A DNA stretch of 64,000 bases. Source: Octopus bimaculoides. Lineage: Eukaryota. Below are positions 37,965 to 51,299 of this stretch, one piece after another; position 1 is the first letter of the stretch; each line of letters starts with the position of its first letter. The notes under the pieces were generated by a model. That model ran no database searches. It saw only the letters and a program-made list of their open reading frames with translations, and was not told the DNA's origin. The DNA lies in assembly GCF_001194135.2 (NCBI RefSeq), contig NC_068984.1, forward strand, positions 104,688,522 to 104,752,521, read 5' to 3'. The translations under genes were made by a program, and so were the position numbers.

Positions 37965-38275
37965 GTGGAGGTGCAATGGCCCAGTGGTTAGGGCAGTGGA
38001 CTTGCGGTCGGGGTATCGCGGTTTTGATTCCCAGACCAGGTGTTGTGTGTGCTTATTGAGCAAAAACACCTAAAGCTCCACGAGGCTCCGGTAGGGGTGA
38101 TGGCGACCCCTGTTGTACTCTTTCGCCCCAACTTTCTCTCACTCTTTCTTCTTGTTTCTTGAGTAATGCTGCGGTGGAATGGAGTCCCGTCCAGCTGGAG
38201 GGAACATATACGCCATAGAAACCGGGCCCATGAACCTGGTTAGGCTTTAAAAGGGCGCATAAATAAAAAATAATA
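37965..38275 (+). mobile_element. tRNA-derived SINE inserted in Gypsy pol
   Basis: A box tggcccagtggttag, B box ggttttgattccc; near-perfect TSD atgcatga(t/g)ct at 37954 and 38276; removing it restores YIPNMH(D/E)LSAPLSNLLRKD. Confidence 0.9.
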
Positions 38276-38409
38276 ATGCATGAGCTAAGTGCACCCCTAA
38301 GCAACCTTTTGCGAAAAGATGTTAAATGGTATTGGTTGGACAGGTACCAAAACGCGTTCGAAGAAATTAAAAAAGTTTTAATATTGGAACTGTCATCATC
38401 GCACTTTGA

Positions 38410-38550
38410 TCATCATCATCATTGCACTCGAATGGTGCTTTTTATGTGCCACCAGCACGGGACCAGTCAGGCAGCACTGGCATTGACCACACTCGAATGG
38501 TGCTTTTTTATGTGCCACTGGCATGGGTGCCAATCAGGTGGTACTGTCAT
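38410..38550 (-). mobile_element. RTE 3'-UTR tandem-unit fragment inserted in Gypsy RNaseH
   Basis: (cat)n plus two units cactcgaatggtgctttttatgtgccac...ccagtcaggcagcactggca lie between pol HFD and DASESG. Confidence 0.75.
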
Positions 38551-40481
38551 CAGCCATGATGCTAGCGAAAGTGGTATAGGAGTGGTAATTTTACAAAAGT
38601 ATGAAAATGGTAGCCCAAAACCCATCGCTCTTGTTTCATGTTCAATGTTGGCAGCTGAAAAAATTACAACCAAATTGAGAAGGAGGCATTAGCCATTCAC
38701 AAATTCATACATGGAAGGAAATTCAGTTTGCAGACAGATCACTGCCCATTGTTGTCAATTTACTGGGGGGAAATCCTGCTAATTTAAGGCTTTAAGATGG
38801 AATTTCTACCATCAAGAAAACATGGACATGAAGATGGGCTGTCAAGATTGATACTGAAATACAATGAACCGTTAGAGGACACAGTAATTGTGGAATTGAA
38901 AGCAGAAATCGAAATTAAGAAATATACTCTGCAATGTAGTATGTGAACTACCTGTCACTTTAGAGGAAATAAAAATTAAAGCAGAGAAGGATGTGTTCAT
39001 AATAAAAACGAAAAAAAATAGTGAAGTCAGAAACATACAAAAACTCATGTAGCTGAGTGTAACACAGTTTTGAAATGGTATTCGATATGCGATAACGTAC
39101 TTATATATGCCCAGAGGGTTGTAATACCTGTTTCTTTGCAAAATCGTATGCTAAAAGAATTCCACGTGGGACATCCAGGAATCGCAAGAATGAAAGCACT
39201 GATGAGGAGCTACATTTACTGGCCGAAAATGGATCAGGATATTGAAAAATTGGCGAAAGCTTGCAGTGGTTGTGCCCTGGCAGCAAAAGACCCACCTATA
39301 AAAATTCAGCCTTGGCCCAAGGCTGATATACCTTGGTCCAGATTACACATAAACTTTGCAGGACCGTTAAATAGAGGGTATTATCTAATAGTTGTGGATA
39401 GTTACACGAAATGGCCAGAAATATGTAAATGTAGGAAGCCAACCTCCAAAGTAACAATGGAATTTTTGGATGAACTTTGTGCATGATATGACATTCCAGA
39501 CACTATAGTGTCTGATAACAGAACACAGTTCATGTCAAAGGAATTTAAAAACTTCTGCAAAATGCATGCAGTGGAGCAGATTACCACCATACCATCCTAC
39601 ATCGAATGGACTAGCAGAACGTTTTGTAAACACATTCAAGAGGGCATTGAAAAAAATCTAGGAATGAGCTACTAGCTGATACTGCATTGACACAATTCTT
39701 AAGTGTTTACTGAATAACACCTAACCTCAACACAACTTCTGGTATGTCACTGACTGAACTAATATTCATCAGGAAAGTCAGGTCAGTTTTTGGCAAATCA
39801 CTACCAGGAAGAAAAGAAAAAATGGAGAGAAACACCGAAAATAAGATAAAATGCTTCAAAATCAGTAACAAAGGTGTTTTTTAAAATATACAGAAATGGA
39901 AAGAAACAGTGGGAAGAAGGTATAATAAGTAAATGTTTGGGAAAAATAACGTACATGGTACAAGGCTATACATGGGAACAGAAAAGACATTTAAATCAAC
40001 AGAAAAACCGGTTTACGGAAGAAAGAATAGGACATGAAGAACCAATGGAATTTCTTTGACATTTTTGACATCCTGGTACCCAAAGGAAAAGTCAAACCAA
40101 CGAAGACATCGACTAGGAAAAGAAAACAGAACCTTTGCAAGTAGAGCCAAAACAAAAAAGAATATTCCAATTTTTTCCCAGGGAATTAAGTAAAAAAAAA
40201 GGGGAGGAATTGACTTCCAAGAAAAGTCAAGTTCAAAAAGGGGAGATGTAGTGAAATTCTGACACCCCTGTGGGATAGCAAGTGAACTGTCCTAAACCTT
40301 ATAACGGCACATATGTACTGACAGTGTGGCAAACAGTGTGGTGTATGCAGTTGCATTTGTGAAGGCAGTCATAGAAGTCATTGAGAAGAGATATAAGTTA
40401 CATGTTTGTTACTGATTTAGTTTTTGTAGTGTTATAATACTGTTACAGTGTAGTCTATATCCAACTCAAGGATATAATACA

Positions 40482-41545
40482 TTTGTTGTCTGCCAATGTT
40501 TGCTGCCTTTTATGTTGAAGGTATTTAGTGGGGATCTCTTGTTCTTGAATTGCATGGAGTTAACTTTTGAAGTGGTATGTCATAAATTTGTTGGGACTCT
40601 ATACCAAGCTTTTGACATGATCAATCCTTTCTATGGTTTGTGTTTTATGTGCCAAGCACCCATGCACTATCTTCTCACTGAAATGGTCCATTTTAAAAAA
40701 TTCTGTTCTGCTGACAAATAGGTTTTACCAATGCTCTTTGGGGAGAGATCTGAATCAACTCTTATTTCCTAGCTCTCCTCAAGTTCATTAACTATCATAA
40801 TTATGTTGTTGATTTCATGGTCACAAACTTGGGCAAGATAGCTACTGGTCACTTTCTTCTGCTGAAAATGTTGTTTTGGTGTCACAACATGGGGCTTCAT
40901 ACAACATCAATACAGATTTGAGACCCTGGCCACCATCCTTGCATGGGAAATATAGCCTATCTACATCTCCATTGATGTTGGAGTTTCTTGTAACACTGAG
41001 CAGCTTGCAAGTTTGAACATCTATTTCATTGAGTTTTTGTAGTGACCAGTTCAGAAGGCCAAACGTAGGCATGAGGACAGGCACAGCAAAGGTGTTGTGA
41101 GTAATATGCTTCTTATCAGCTGAGTTCTGATGACAACTCTTCTGAGTTATTCATTCCTGGCCCTCTCCTTATTTATGGATTCATCATATCCGACATTCTT
41201 ATCTTGTCCAAGATACCTATAATTATTACCTAACTGTAGAGGTTTTATTGTCAAGCCATTCATTCTTAGATTTTCAGAGAAGGGCACAACTTTTCCACGT
41301 TTTATTGTCAAAAATGCACATTTGAACTCACCAAATTTCATTCCAATGTTCGTAGAAAATTAGGTTATGATATCCAATTGTTTTTCATGCAGTTGATATT
41401 TGACCCATATAGTTTCAAGTCATCAACAAAGAAAAGATGGGAGATACTTCTGGATTCATTTCTATGGTCACTATGTTTTGTGAGCAGGTATGACAATGGT
41501 TTTAATGAGAGGGCAAAAAACATCAACAGGAGATTATTTTAATCT
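40482..41545 (-). mobile_element. R4/Dong-type LINE remnant (RT to pre-CCHC)
   Basis: ISHLFFVDDLKLYG, MKFGEFKCAFL, YRYLGQD, DVDRLYFPCKDGGQGL, AIQEQEIPTKY. Confidence 0.9.
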
Positions 41546-42181
41546 TATTCACATTCATTTATAAAAGCAGATCTGGTGATCAATACAAGATGGAAGTTTA
41601 TTAATATTTAATCTTCTTTTGCGTAATTTATTTTGAGAGCATACCTCAGCTCATCACTCATTTAGAATAAAGCTGTTAGTTTGGTAAACAACAACAATCA
41701 ACAACAGCACACTATCTGATTTTACCCCCTGTGTGTTTAAGTGGCTCTACCAAATTGCTACTTGAAAAGAATAGACTTCTTCATGCACCATCAGTTGACT
41801 ATTTTAATTTTCCATTGCATCTGGCTTGACTATTTTTTTTATTTTGTTATCTCCAGTTGATTTACATCAATGATTTTAAGGCAGCATGGTGGAATGGAAT
41901 TTTGTAAAGATAAATATTGTATATTGCTTGAACAAGTGTGTGTTTTCTTATGGCTGAATGCTATTCAAATGTATAATGATTCAATAAGAGTAGTGTCTAT
42001 TTCTCAACTGAACTGACTGGGAGCTAGAAGAATAAGGGACTTTGGTTAGTGGTACAAACCAACAACTTTAGCATAAATTTATCTTGCAGCCACTGTGTAT
42101 CTCTCAACAGCTGTTTTCTACAACTGCAGTAACATGGAAATGATTCTGTTTGTGAAAGAAATATAACCTCAGTATATATAA

Positions 42182-42231
<50 letters not shown>

Positions 42232-42872
42232 CAACAAGAGATTATGTTAATGTTGTATATGAAATATAATAATGTGTATGGCATTAACATCTTAGATTAT
42301 TAGTAAAGGAAATCGTTCTAAGTTGTAGTTAGCAAATGTAACCGAAATGCTAGCATCTGTTTTTCTTTTTTTTATTAATCTTGAGCTTCATCTGTTTATC
42401 TATCAACAATGTTATTGCTGATGATGATGATGATCCACCACCAACACCACCACTACTGCTGCTGTCATTGTCATCGTCATATGTTCTCTGATTGCAGTAG
42501 TTGATGAAGTTAACCTGTCTAATTTATGTCAGCAGGAATAAACATATGTTGATAAAATGATGATGATGATGATGATGACGATGATAATGATGATGATAAT
42601 GAGGAGGAGGAGGAAGATGATGATTAATGAAGGCTATTTTTGATTTAGCTATTTTTAAAACTTAACTATCAACCAATAGAAGTAATTTTGTTTCTGTATG
42701 AGTTGATTTTTGATCTATGGATTTGCTGGATTTCTCTTGACAACTTTCAGTCTTCCTTACATTCCAGTTTTTACTTAGGTTATGAAAATATAGTTAACTA
42801 TAAGTCTGATGAAACAATAAAACTAAGATGGAATTCAATGCTCAACAATGAAAATTTATACATTCATTAATA

Positions 42873-43090
42873 TTGGTTTCAGATTTTGGCACAAGGCCAG
42901 CAGTTTCAGGGAAGGGATAAGTCGATTACATCAATCTCAGTGCTCAACTGGTACTTATTTTATCAGGCTCAAGATGATGACTAGCAAAGTTGACCTTGGC
43001 AGAATTTGAACTGAAAATGTAACGACAGGTGAAATGGCACTAAGCATTTTGACCAGCATGCTAATGATCCTGCCTGCTTGCTGCCTTTCA
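42873..43090 (-). mobile_element. SINE (second family)
   Basis: ttttggcacaaggccagc...gtacttattttatc...gcagaatttgaact. Confidence 0.75.
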
Positions 43091-43811
43091 ATAATATTGC
43101 TGAGTAAAATGTATTTCCTTCAGACATAACTTCAAGGAATAAGTGGGAATGAGAATATAATCTTTCTACTTTAACATTGAACTAGGCTTGAGCTCTTAAT
43201 CTCCTGTTGAAGATTTCCTTACTCAAAAACCCTTTCTGTAATGATTCTTCTACAGATCAGAAATGGATGATACAGGAATAGCATTTTCTCTCTTATATTG
43301 GAGACTTTCTCACATCCTTTGAAATGAATGTAAACAAGGTTAGTATGATTCTTATGATATCATGCATTTCATAACTGGTTGACCAATGCTGTTTCATGTG
43401 GTACTGTGGTTTACAAGAAGTTAAAAGTTAATGGATATGTCTTATGTTGTAGTTATTGTAACACTTCAGCAATAAGTGTACCAGATATAGAATATCATCC
43501 TCTCTTTGGGATGAAAGACACAAAAGGAAATAGCATGTAAGAATAATAGAAATAATAATAGTATTAGAAAAGCTAAGTGATGTTTAATTTCCAGTTGCAA
43601 ATTCTGTGATGTACAGATGTATGATACAAACTTTCTTTGTTACATGTATCTTTTTAAAAATGATAAAAAAATAAAAAGATGAAATAAACATATAATTTTA
43701 CATTGTAATTAGGGTTTATTTTTAGGAAAACCATAATTTTTAGATTTTGCTTTTCTAAAATTCAAATTTATAAAATTTTATGTAAAAAACTTATCTCTAA
43801 TGAATAATATT

Positions 43812-44025
43812 AGTTTCAAATTTTGGCACAAGGCCAGCAGTTTTGGGGTAGAGGGTAAGTTGATTATATCAACCCCAATGCTCAACTGGTACTTATTTTA
43901 TTGACCCAGAAAGGATGAAAGGCAAAGTCAACTCTGGTGGAATATGATCTCAAAACATAAACATGGATGGATTGCTGCTAAGCATTTTGCTCAGCATGCT
44001 AATGATTCTGCCAGCTTACTACCTT
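43812..44025 (-). mobile_element. SINE (second family)
   Basis: ttttggcacaaggccagcag...gaaaggatgaaaggcaaagtcaac. Confidence 0.8.
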
Positions 44026-45554
44026 CTCTAATGGCTAATATTAAAGTTGATCAATAAAATAAAGCTTAATGATTTCACACCAGAAGAGAGAAATTACTTT
44101 TGTGTTATTGCTGTTGGTCCTTATAGAAGGCTTCAGTTTGTCATAAGTAGATACTGCATTTTACTGTCATTTGCATATTTCAGTACCAATTGTTGCCCTC
44201 GAAAGACACTGTTATTAAAGTACATAAAATAAACCCCTCAGGTTGTCACAATTTGGCAGAATTGAAACTTTACATTGTTAACTAATTGTTCTCTAATATT
44301 GAAAATTTTAGGTAAAACAAGATGTTCCATAAACAAAAATGTTGATTATCATAACTCTAATATTTTAAATGAAGAGTTTTATTTTGAAATATCTTTGGCT
44401 ATTTATTATCTGGGAAAGTCTTGTAGCATGGGCAACTGATATGTAGGCACCCAGAGTAACATGTAGGGTGCACAAACAAAGGAAACTCTATAGACACCCA
44501 GAGAATCAGCTAGAAAAACATCTTCACTCATCTAATATCAACATATATGTTATTAACAGAAACAGTTTGTACTCATTGACAAGGATACCCTGCCATTGCT
44601 ATAATATGTTAATATGTAATAGAAATTTTTAAATACAACAAAAAATAAGTCTACCTGCAGTGGATGTTCTTATATGCAAACATATATACTTCTATCTGAT
44701 CATGTATCTGTATACATAAGTGTGTGTGTGTGTTCTTACATATCTCTTAAATAAACAGACTGATGACTATGTAGTACATTTCTAACTGTTAGGTTAGTTT
44801 CACATATTTTGAGAATCTTTTCAATACTCTTGGCTAACATCTGGTTATTTTTTTTTTGTTGCTTTTCTTTTTCTAGTGAATTCTTTCCATCAGGAGGTTT
44901 GTTAACATCGTAATTTAGAGACCATTTACTTTTTATATGACATTTTTAGGTTCCAAAGGGATTTAGTAATAACTTTTGAACTACAGTATTCTTCTGTAAT
45001 TGAAATGAACTGGATATTATAATCCTCATCAAAGTTATTTACTTATTGAGAGTGTTTTTTCTTAGATATTTATCTCTTGAGGTTTTTAGTCAAACATACA
45101 GTAAATGTGTAAATTAGAAAGTGGTTAGTTGTTTTTTCTTGTAACAAACCACTTCTTTTCACAACAGTAATTACCTGTTATGATGTTACCATTGAGACAA
45201 TACAAACTATTTTCATTCTATATAAAGACAGATAAACACTCAGGCTACAGTTCTTCAGTTTTAAAACCAGATAATCTTAGAAAAGTAATGATATATCACT
45301 TGAGATTTATCACAAACAAAAGAAGAAAAATTGTTAATTATAAACCAACAAGCAAAAATCAACTTACTTTCCTTTAAAAGTCACAAGCTATGTTTGGATT
45401 CATATTAAATTATTGATGAAAGAACTTTATATTTGTTATTTGTATTTATTATTAATGAATTTCTAATTCTAAGAATTGAAAAAAAATATTCTTGATTAAT
45501 TAGAGGCACTTTAAACAGTGTCGATTAAAATATAAGTGTGCATAATTATATTTG

Positions 45555-45735
45555 TTTCAAATTTTAGCACAAAGCTAGCAATTTGGGGGAAGTGGGTAAG
45601 CTGATTAAATCAACCCCAGTGCTCAACTCATACTTCTTTTATCATCTTCGAAAGGATGAACTCAGAATGTAAAGATGGACAAAATGCCACTAAGCGTTTT
45701 GTCTGGTGAGCTGATGAGTCTGCCAGCTTAGTGTA
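45555..45735 (-). mobile_element. SINE (second family), internally deleted
   Basis: ttttagcacaaagctagc...aaccccagtgctcaact...gaaaggatgaactcagaatg. Confidence 0.7.
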
Positions 45736-46094
45736 TTTAATTATATTAAAAACATTTGTGTACATTCAGATGTGGAAGACATCTGCTGTGGAAATTGTCT
45801 CAAGAGAGAAAATTCTCCTTATAGATAATGTATGTGAAAAACACACCATTAAGCTATGAATGATGTCATCAGACTATCATCATCAGATCATGCTTAGTTA
45901 ATGAAGTGTAATGATGCAGAAACATGTGTCCTATGGTCAAATTACATCATTTATTGCTTAGTGGTATGTTTTCACTCACATTGTCTTTAAAGAGAATTTT
46001 TTTCTTTAGAGAATTTCCACAGCAGAGGTCTCTCTACATCTAAATGTACACAAACATATTAAATATAATTGTTGTTGTTATTATTACTATTATT

Positions 46095-46315
46095 AAGGTG
46101 GCGAACTGGCAGAACCATTAACACATCAAACAAAATGCTTAGTGGCATTTCGTCTGTCTTTATGTTCTGAGTCCAAATGCATGCCACCAAGGTCAACTTT
46201 GCCTTTTATCTTTTTGTGGTTGATAAAATAAGAATCCATCAAGCATTGGGGTCAAGAAAATCAACTATCCCCCTCCTCTCAAATTTCAGGCCTTGTGCTT
46301 ATAGTAGAAGAGATT
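46095..46315 (+). mobile_element. SINE (second family)
   Basis: aaggtggcgaactggcagaacc...gccttttatctttttgtggttgataaaataag...ttgtgcttatagtagaag. Confidence 0.8.
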
Positions 46316-47119
46316 ATTATTATTAAATAAACAATAGAAAAAGTAAACCAGATTTTGGGGTATTACACATCTTTTAGATATATCTGTATTGCATTAAAAA
46401 AATACATTTTAAATTTTATAATAAATGGATAAGAGCTATCTTGTGAATTAATAACATTGATATTATCATCAGTGTTGAATACATTTCACAAAAAAGTTTG
46501 TTGCTTTTGGAAATTTGTATACATAAGTCAGAAATAAAAACAGGTTGTGACTGATTATTTATATCTCTAATTTAAAAAAAGAATAAAAGATAGTAATTTA
46601 AGAAACAAGATTAATTCTACCCAAATGAAGAAATACAATAGTTATTTGATAAAGAATCAGAAACAAGTCTTGTATTTGCCAAGAAATTCTATTGATTTAA
46701 TAATGTCGAAAGTTTTAGTTATTAGATAAAGATTTCTTGAAGCTTACAAATTGAGTCAGGCAGAATCTACCTGAATGTTCAATGTGTGTAGCCTACACTA
46801 ATTTTTTGTAGCACTTCTCTACTGGAAAAGTATAAAAGTTGCACATGTAAAAAGGATTATCAAAAAGCTGTATCAAAAACTCTCTTTAAGTAATTAAGTT
46901 TAAGAAAATATACAACAAACATGGAATTGGTAAATATAAAACATTTGAATGCTCTAATGTTAATAGATGAAAGATTTAAACAGTGTAAAATAACTAAAAC
47001 GGTTTAGGATTAGAAAACAAAATTAAAAAAAGAAGAGTAAAAGGGACTAGCTATTTGGATTAATACAGTAGCAGTAAAATAATTAGAAAGAAAAACAAGT
47101 AAAGTTGCTAATGAAAGTG

Positions 47120-47979
47120 TTCTGTGAGAAATAACTAACTCAAACAAGCCAATTATATCCTGAAAATAAAATCGATCTTTGATAAATTATTGCCAGGAGA
47201 AAATACATAAAGGCAAAAAATACATTTGAAGGAAATACAAGAAATATTACAAAACATTTCAAAGTAGGAGACAAAGTTCATTTTAAAAATTACAAAAATG
47301 GTAAAGAAGGTTGGGAGGATGGCTGTGTAATCAAAATATTAGGTAAAATGATGTATTTAATTAAAGGACAACGTTTGGAACATATGAGACACCTTAACCA
47401 GGTAAAGATGAGACATACAGAAGAATGAAGGGTAATACCAATGGAAGTCTTCTATGATATGTTTGAAGTGCTAGAACCAAGAGATATTGAACCCCATAGA
47501 ACATCTGAAAGTTATACCTAAACAGAAAAGATATTAAATTTTCAAAAAAAAAAAAGTGTTAACAAGAGCGCTTAGTACGATGAAAAGAAAAAGTGCTGTG
47601 TGCAACGAACAATACTACTTTAAAAGTCGGGCAACAATTAAGATACAACAGCTAAAAAAAAAAGGGAGAGAGGTGCTGGAAAGAAAAAAAAGAAAAAGAA
47701 AAGAAATTCCACTTTCTCACAGTAGTCGAAATCTCAAAAGGGGAGATGTGATGAGAGTTACGATGTCCCTTTGCAAGAGATAGATAGACTGGTCCAAGTA
47801 AAGTATATATAGTAATGATCTGAGTGAATTCAGAGTTCGGAGTCAAGTGAAGATTGTGTTAGTTCACAGTGAAGTCAGAAGGTGTTGGTTGGTTAGTTCA
47901 CAAGAGGGATTTTTTAGTTTATTACATTGTTTTTACAGTTGTCTGGTTATCTTATTTATTGTACATAAATTACATTACA
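47120..47979 (+). mobile_element. Ty3/Gypsy 3' tail with PPT and 3' LTR
   Basis: KIKSIFDKLLPG, KHFKVGDKVHFKNYKNGKEGWEDG...RHLNQ; PPT aaaaggggaga then LTR 47747-47979 bounded by tgtgatg...cattaca; this LTR differs from the 35.5 kb element LTR. Confidence 0.85.
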
Positions 47980-48179
47980 ACAATATAAGAGAGACATGAA
48001 GCATCATTATCATCAATAACAACAACATTGTTTTAACATCTATTTTTCAACGCTTGCATGGGTCAAAAGGATTTCATTAAGGTAGATTTTCTGTAGCCAG
48101 ATGCCCTTCCTGTTGACAATTTGCACCTGTTTCCAAACAAGGTTATATTTCCCCTGGACATGTGGATGGAGTAAAGTTT

Positions 48180-50190
48180 CAGCCAAACTGAAAGTAACAT
48201 GATAGTGGAATGATAAGGTGAGAACTTAAGGCTAAGAGACAGGATTGGAAAGCCTGGAAGAATGGTAGCAGTAGGGAGTGTTAACTAATGGTGTGAAAGG
48301 CAGCTGGACACTAGGTGTATTTGGCTAAAGATGATGCAGAAAGGAAGAAATCTGCATATGTCCTGCATCAGGAGGATCAAAGACATGAATTGTTCAAAAT
48401 TACAAGAAAATTTGTGAAAGAGAACAGAGATGTCATTGGTGAGAAGTATGTTCAGAATGATGAAAATGCACTTACCATTGAGATGGAAGACATGAAAATG
48501 ACATGGAATTATTTTTATTAAAAGCTGCTGAATATGTAGAATGCATGGGGTAAAAAGGAGCTACCTTATGTTGACTCTATAGAAGGACCAACAATTCAGG
48601 TTGATAGCAACTTGAAAGATAAAGCAATCAAGGGCATGAAACAAGAGAAGGCTGTAGGCCCACCATGGATAGTTACAGAGATGCTCAAAATATCTAGTGA
48701 GGTAGTTAAGATACACAAATACCATCTGGATAATCAATCAAGTCATACAAGTTGTCATCCTGAATAACTGGCATAGAAGTATTATTGTAAACTGCTACAA
48801 TGACAGAGATGATGCTTTTGAGAAATGCAAGCAACTAGAAAGGGATCAAGCTGCCAGATCATGTTATGAAGGTCCCAGAAAGAGTGGTAGCATAGTTAAT
48901 TCATGACAGAGTGAACTTAGTTTGGCTTTGCTCATAGAAAAAGCATCACAAATGCAAACTTCATTGTGACACAAATGCAGGAGAAATATCTGGCTAAAAA
49001 TAAGTTGCTATTCTTGGCTTTTATTGATCCAGAGAAAGTATTCAACAGAGTACCAAGCTCAGTAATTTGGTGATCTTTGAGGAAACTAGGTTTGGATGAA
49101 TGGCTTGTAAGGGCTGTACGAGCTGTATACAATGACGGAGTGATCAAAGTAAGAGCTGACAATAATTTCAGTGACAAATTTAGTGTAAAGGTAAGGATTC
49201 ATCAAGGGCCAGTCAACAGTTCTCTCCTATTCATCCTAAGGGCTGTCACAGAAGAGTTTAAGACTGCATATCTTTGAAAACTCTGATATGCTCAAGACCT
49301 AGCTCTCATAGCTACATTTATAGGAGAATTAGAGAGGAAATTTTGGGTATGGAAGCTAAACCTAGAATTAAGAAGTTTTAAGGGAAACTTAGCAAAGATG
49401 AAGGTTCTAATAAGTAGGAAAGAAGACAGAACTCTGGTATCTTAAGGAAAATGGCCTTGAAAAGGAGTATGCATAAACTCCATATGCATAATACTCAATG
49501 CAAACTTTAGACACACAAGATATGTGGAATCAAAGGCAGCTTAGCAGAGAATATGAGCTTCATAGGTAATAGATGTGCTGGAGCAGTACTTACTATGAAC
49601 ACTTTGAAAATAGATGTTCTTGAATGCTGGAATGGTTCACTAGAATTAGTTGATAGCTTGTATTACTTTGGAGCAAGGGAGATGGCTGCACTAAAAGTTT
49701 AATAGGCAGAGTAAGAACAGGTTGAAGAAAATTCAGAGAGCTATTGTTACTGTTGACAACAAAGGTCTTTTCTAACAGAGTAAAGGACAGATTGTATGTT
49801 GTTTGTGTTAGAACTGAAATGCTGTATGATAGTGAGATATGGAGCTTGACTGCTGAAGGGTTGAGAAGACTGGAAAAAGCGTAAAGTGAGCATGCTCTGT
49901 TGGATGTGCAATGTAAGTGTAAAGGAATTACACAGTAAAAATGCGCTGAGAGAAAAACTAGGCATAAGAGGAATCTTTGCATGAAAGGAGAGTGTGCTGG
50001 TATGGACATGTGATACATATGGATGAGGACAGACGTGTAAAAAAATGCTGGTCACTAGATGGAAAAGGGTGACCCAGAAAGATACATGATGAAGTAACCA
50101 AATCTGATCTCAGGACCTTGAGTCTCATGGAGGAGATGACAAAAGACCAGGATTTCTGGTGATATAAGGTTCTTAAGAAAACTTACCCAC
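48180..50190 (+). mobile_element. RTE LINE, long degenerate copy (RT through C-terminus)
   Basis: KENRDVIGEKYVQND, QEKYLAKNKLLFLAFID.EKVFNRVP, LGLDEWLVRAV..HQG, LELVDSLYY.G, MLYDSEIWSLT, WYGHVIHMDE in shifting frames. Confidence 0.9.
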
Positions 50191-50199
50191 CTTTGTGAA

Positions 50200-50800
50200 A
50201 TTGCAATTGACTTCTAGAAGCACTGTGTGCATATATGTGCATAAATGGAAACATTGCCCAAACTCCTCCAAACATCTCTCTGACTGTCTCTCCGTCCACC
50301 TTCATATCATCCTATTTTTTGCTCCCTGCAACATTTCATTTGTTAGCCGCTCTTCATCCATAAATTACTGTTCTCCTCACATGTTAGCGATTCTTTCCCC
50401 ACCTACTGAACCACCAATCTGTCTCCCCACATGCACTACACTTGCTTCTCTCAACCCTCCCCACTCCTGTAGTGTACCCAACTACTTGTCATCTCTCTCT
50501 TGCCACACCCCTCCACTCTCTTTTACACCCTTCTACCTTCCTCAACTATGACATCATAGATCATCTATAACTCTCTACATTCACACTGCAAATCATACTC
50601 AATCTTGGAAGCTATTGCCTACCTCCCATTACCTCATTTTCTACTCTTCCATACACTCCTGCAAACTCTCATGCACCCACACTTCTAGTTTCACTGTTTC
50701 AACACACTTCTACTCACCTCATACCTTGAGGAGACACCTTGTCTTGAAGCTCTTACTGACCATCTCAAATGTTCCTCCTAAAGTCGAGTAGAACCTACTT
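50200..50800 (+). mobile_element. Possible Penelope-type CT-rich tail with hammerhead-like motif
   Basis: CT-rich tract as at 860-1100 and 20290-20640, ending in ttgagg-AGAC-acctt-GTCT-tgaagc (50726-50750). Confidence 0.4.
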
Positions 50801-51299
50801 TCCCCCTCCCTCCTTCCCTCCTCCCATACTCTCATCTCTTCACACAAATACTGATCCCCCATTGGAGTTTTGTCATCTGGCACATTGCATAGCGACCTCG
50901 CTAGTGCTGCAAAAAGCATCCACTACACATTGTATTGTGGTTGGCATTAGGAAATACATCTAGCCATAGAAACCATATCAAAGCAGACACTGGAGCACAA
51001 TGCAATGCTTGGACCCATCAGATTATGTCAAACCATGCAATCAATGCCAGCATGGAACACAGACATTAAATTTATGATGATAATGAGATGATGAGACATG
51101 TTTTCACTGAAGTTTGAAAATGTGGTAAAGATTAGGCATTTTGAATTATGAATGCTATATGATCAGTTAATTTCTAAAAAGTTCTACTGACAGTGAATAA
51201 TTCTTGTAATATTTTAGATCCATTTTAGAATTAACAATTGATAAATTCCCAGATATGACACTTAAAAAATAAAATCTACTATAAAATTGATGCTTATTT

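Larger units (their letters stand above)
35522..40481 (+). mobile_element. Full-length decayed Ty3/Gypsy (Mag-like) provirus
   Basis: Related LTRs about 35522-35758 and 40247-40481; 5-bp TSD TTTGT (35517-21, 40482-86); PBS tggtgatgag at 35761; PPT aaaaaggggaga 40235-46; gag with two CCHC knuckles (PCYGCGEIH..C, KCFGCGKIRH...C), protease LKTGSDITII, RT LPFG...YLND, RNaseH DASESG, integrase HVGHPG/CSGC/VVDSYTKWPE/SDN; many stops and frameshifts. Confidence 0.95.

Noticed and set aside
37965-38040. tRNA-like sequences with A and B boxes (also 18771 and 13181)
   Set aside because: They are SINE heads with SINE bodies and TSDs; no complete cloverleaf or acceptor stem.
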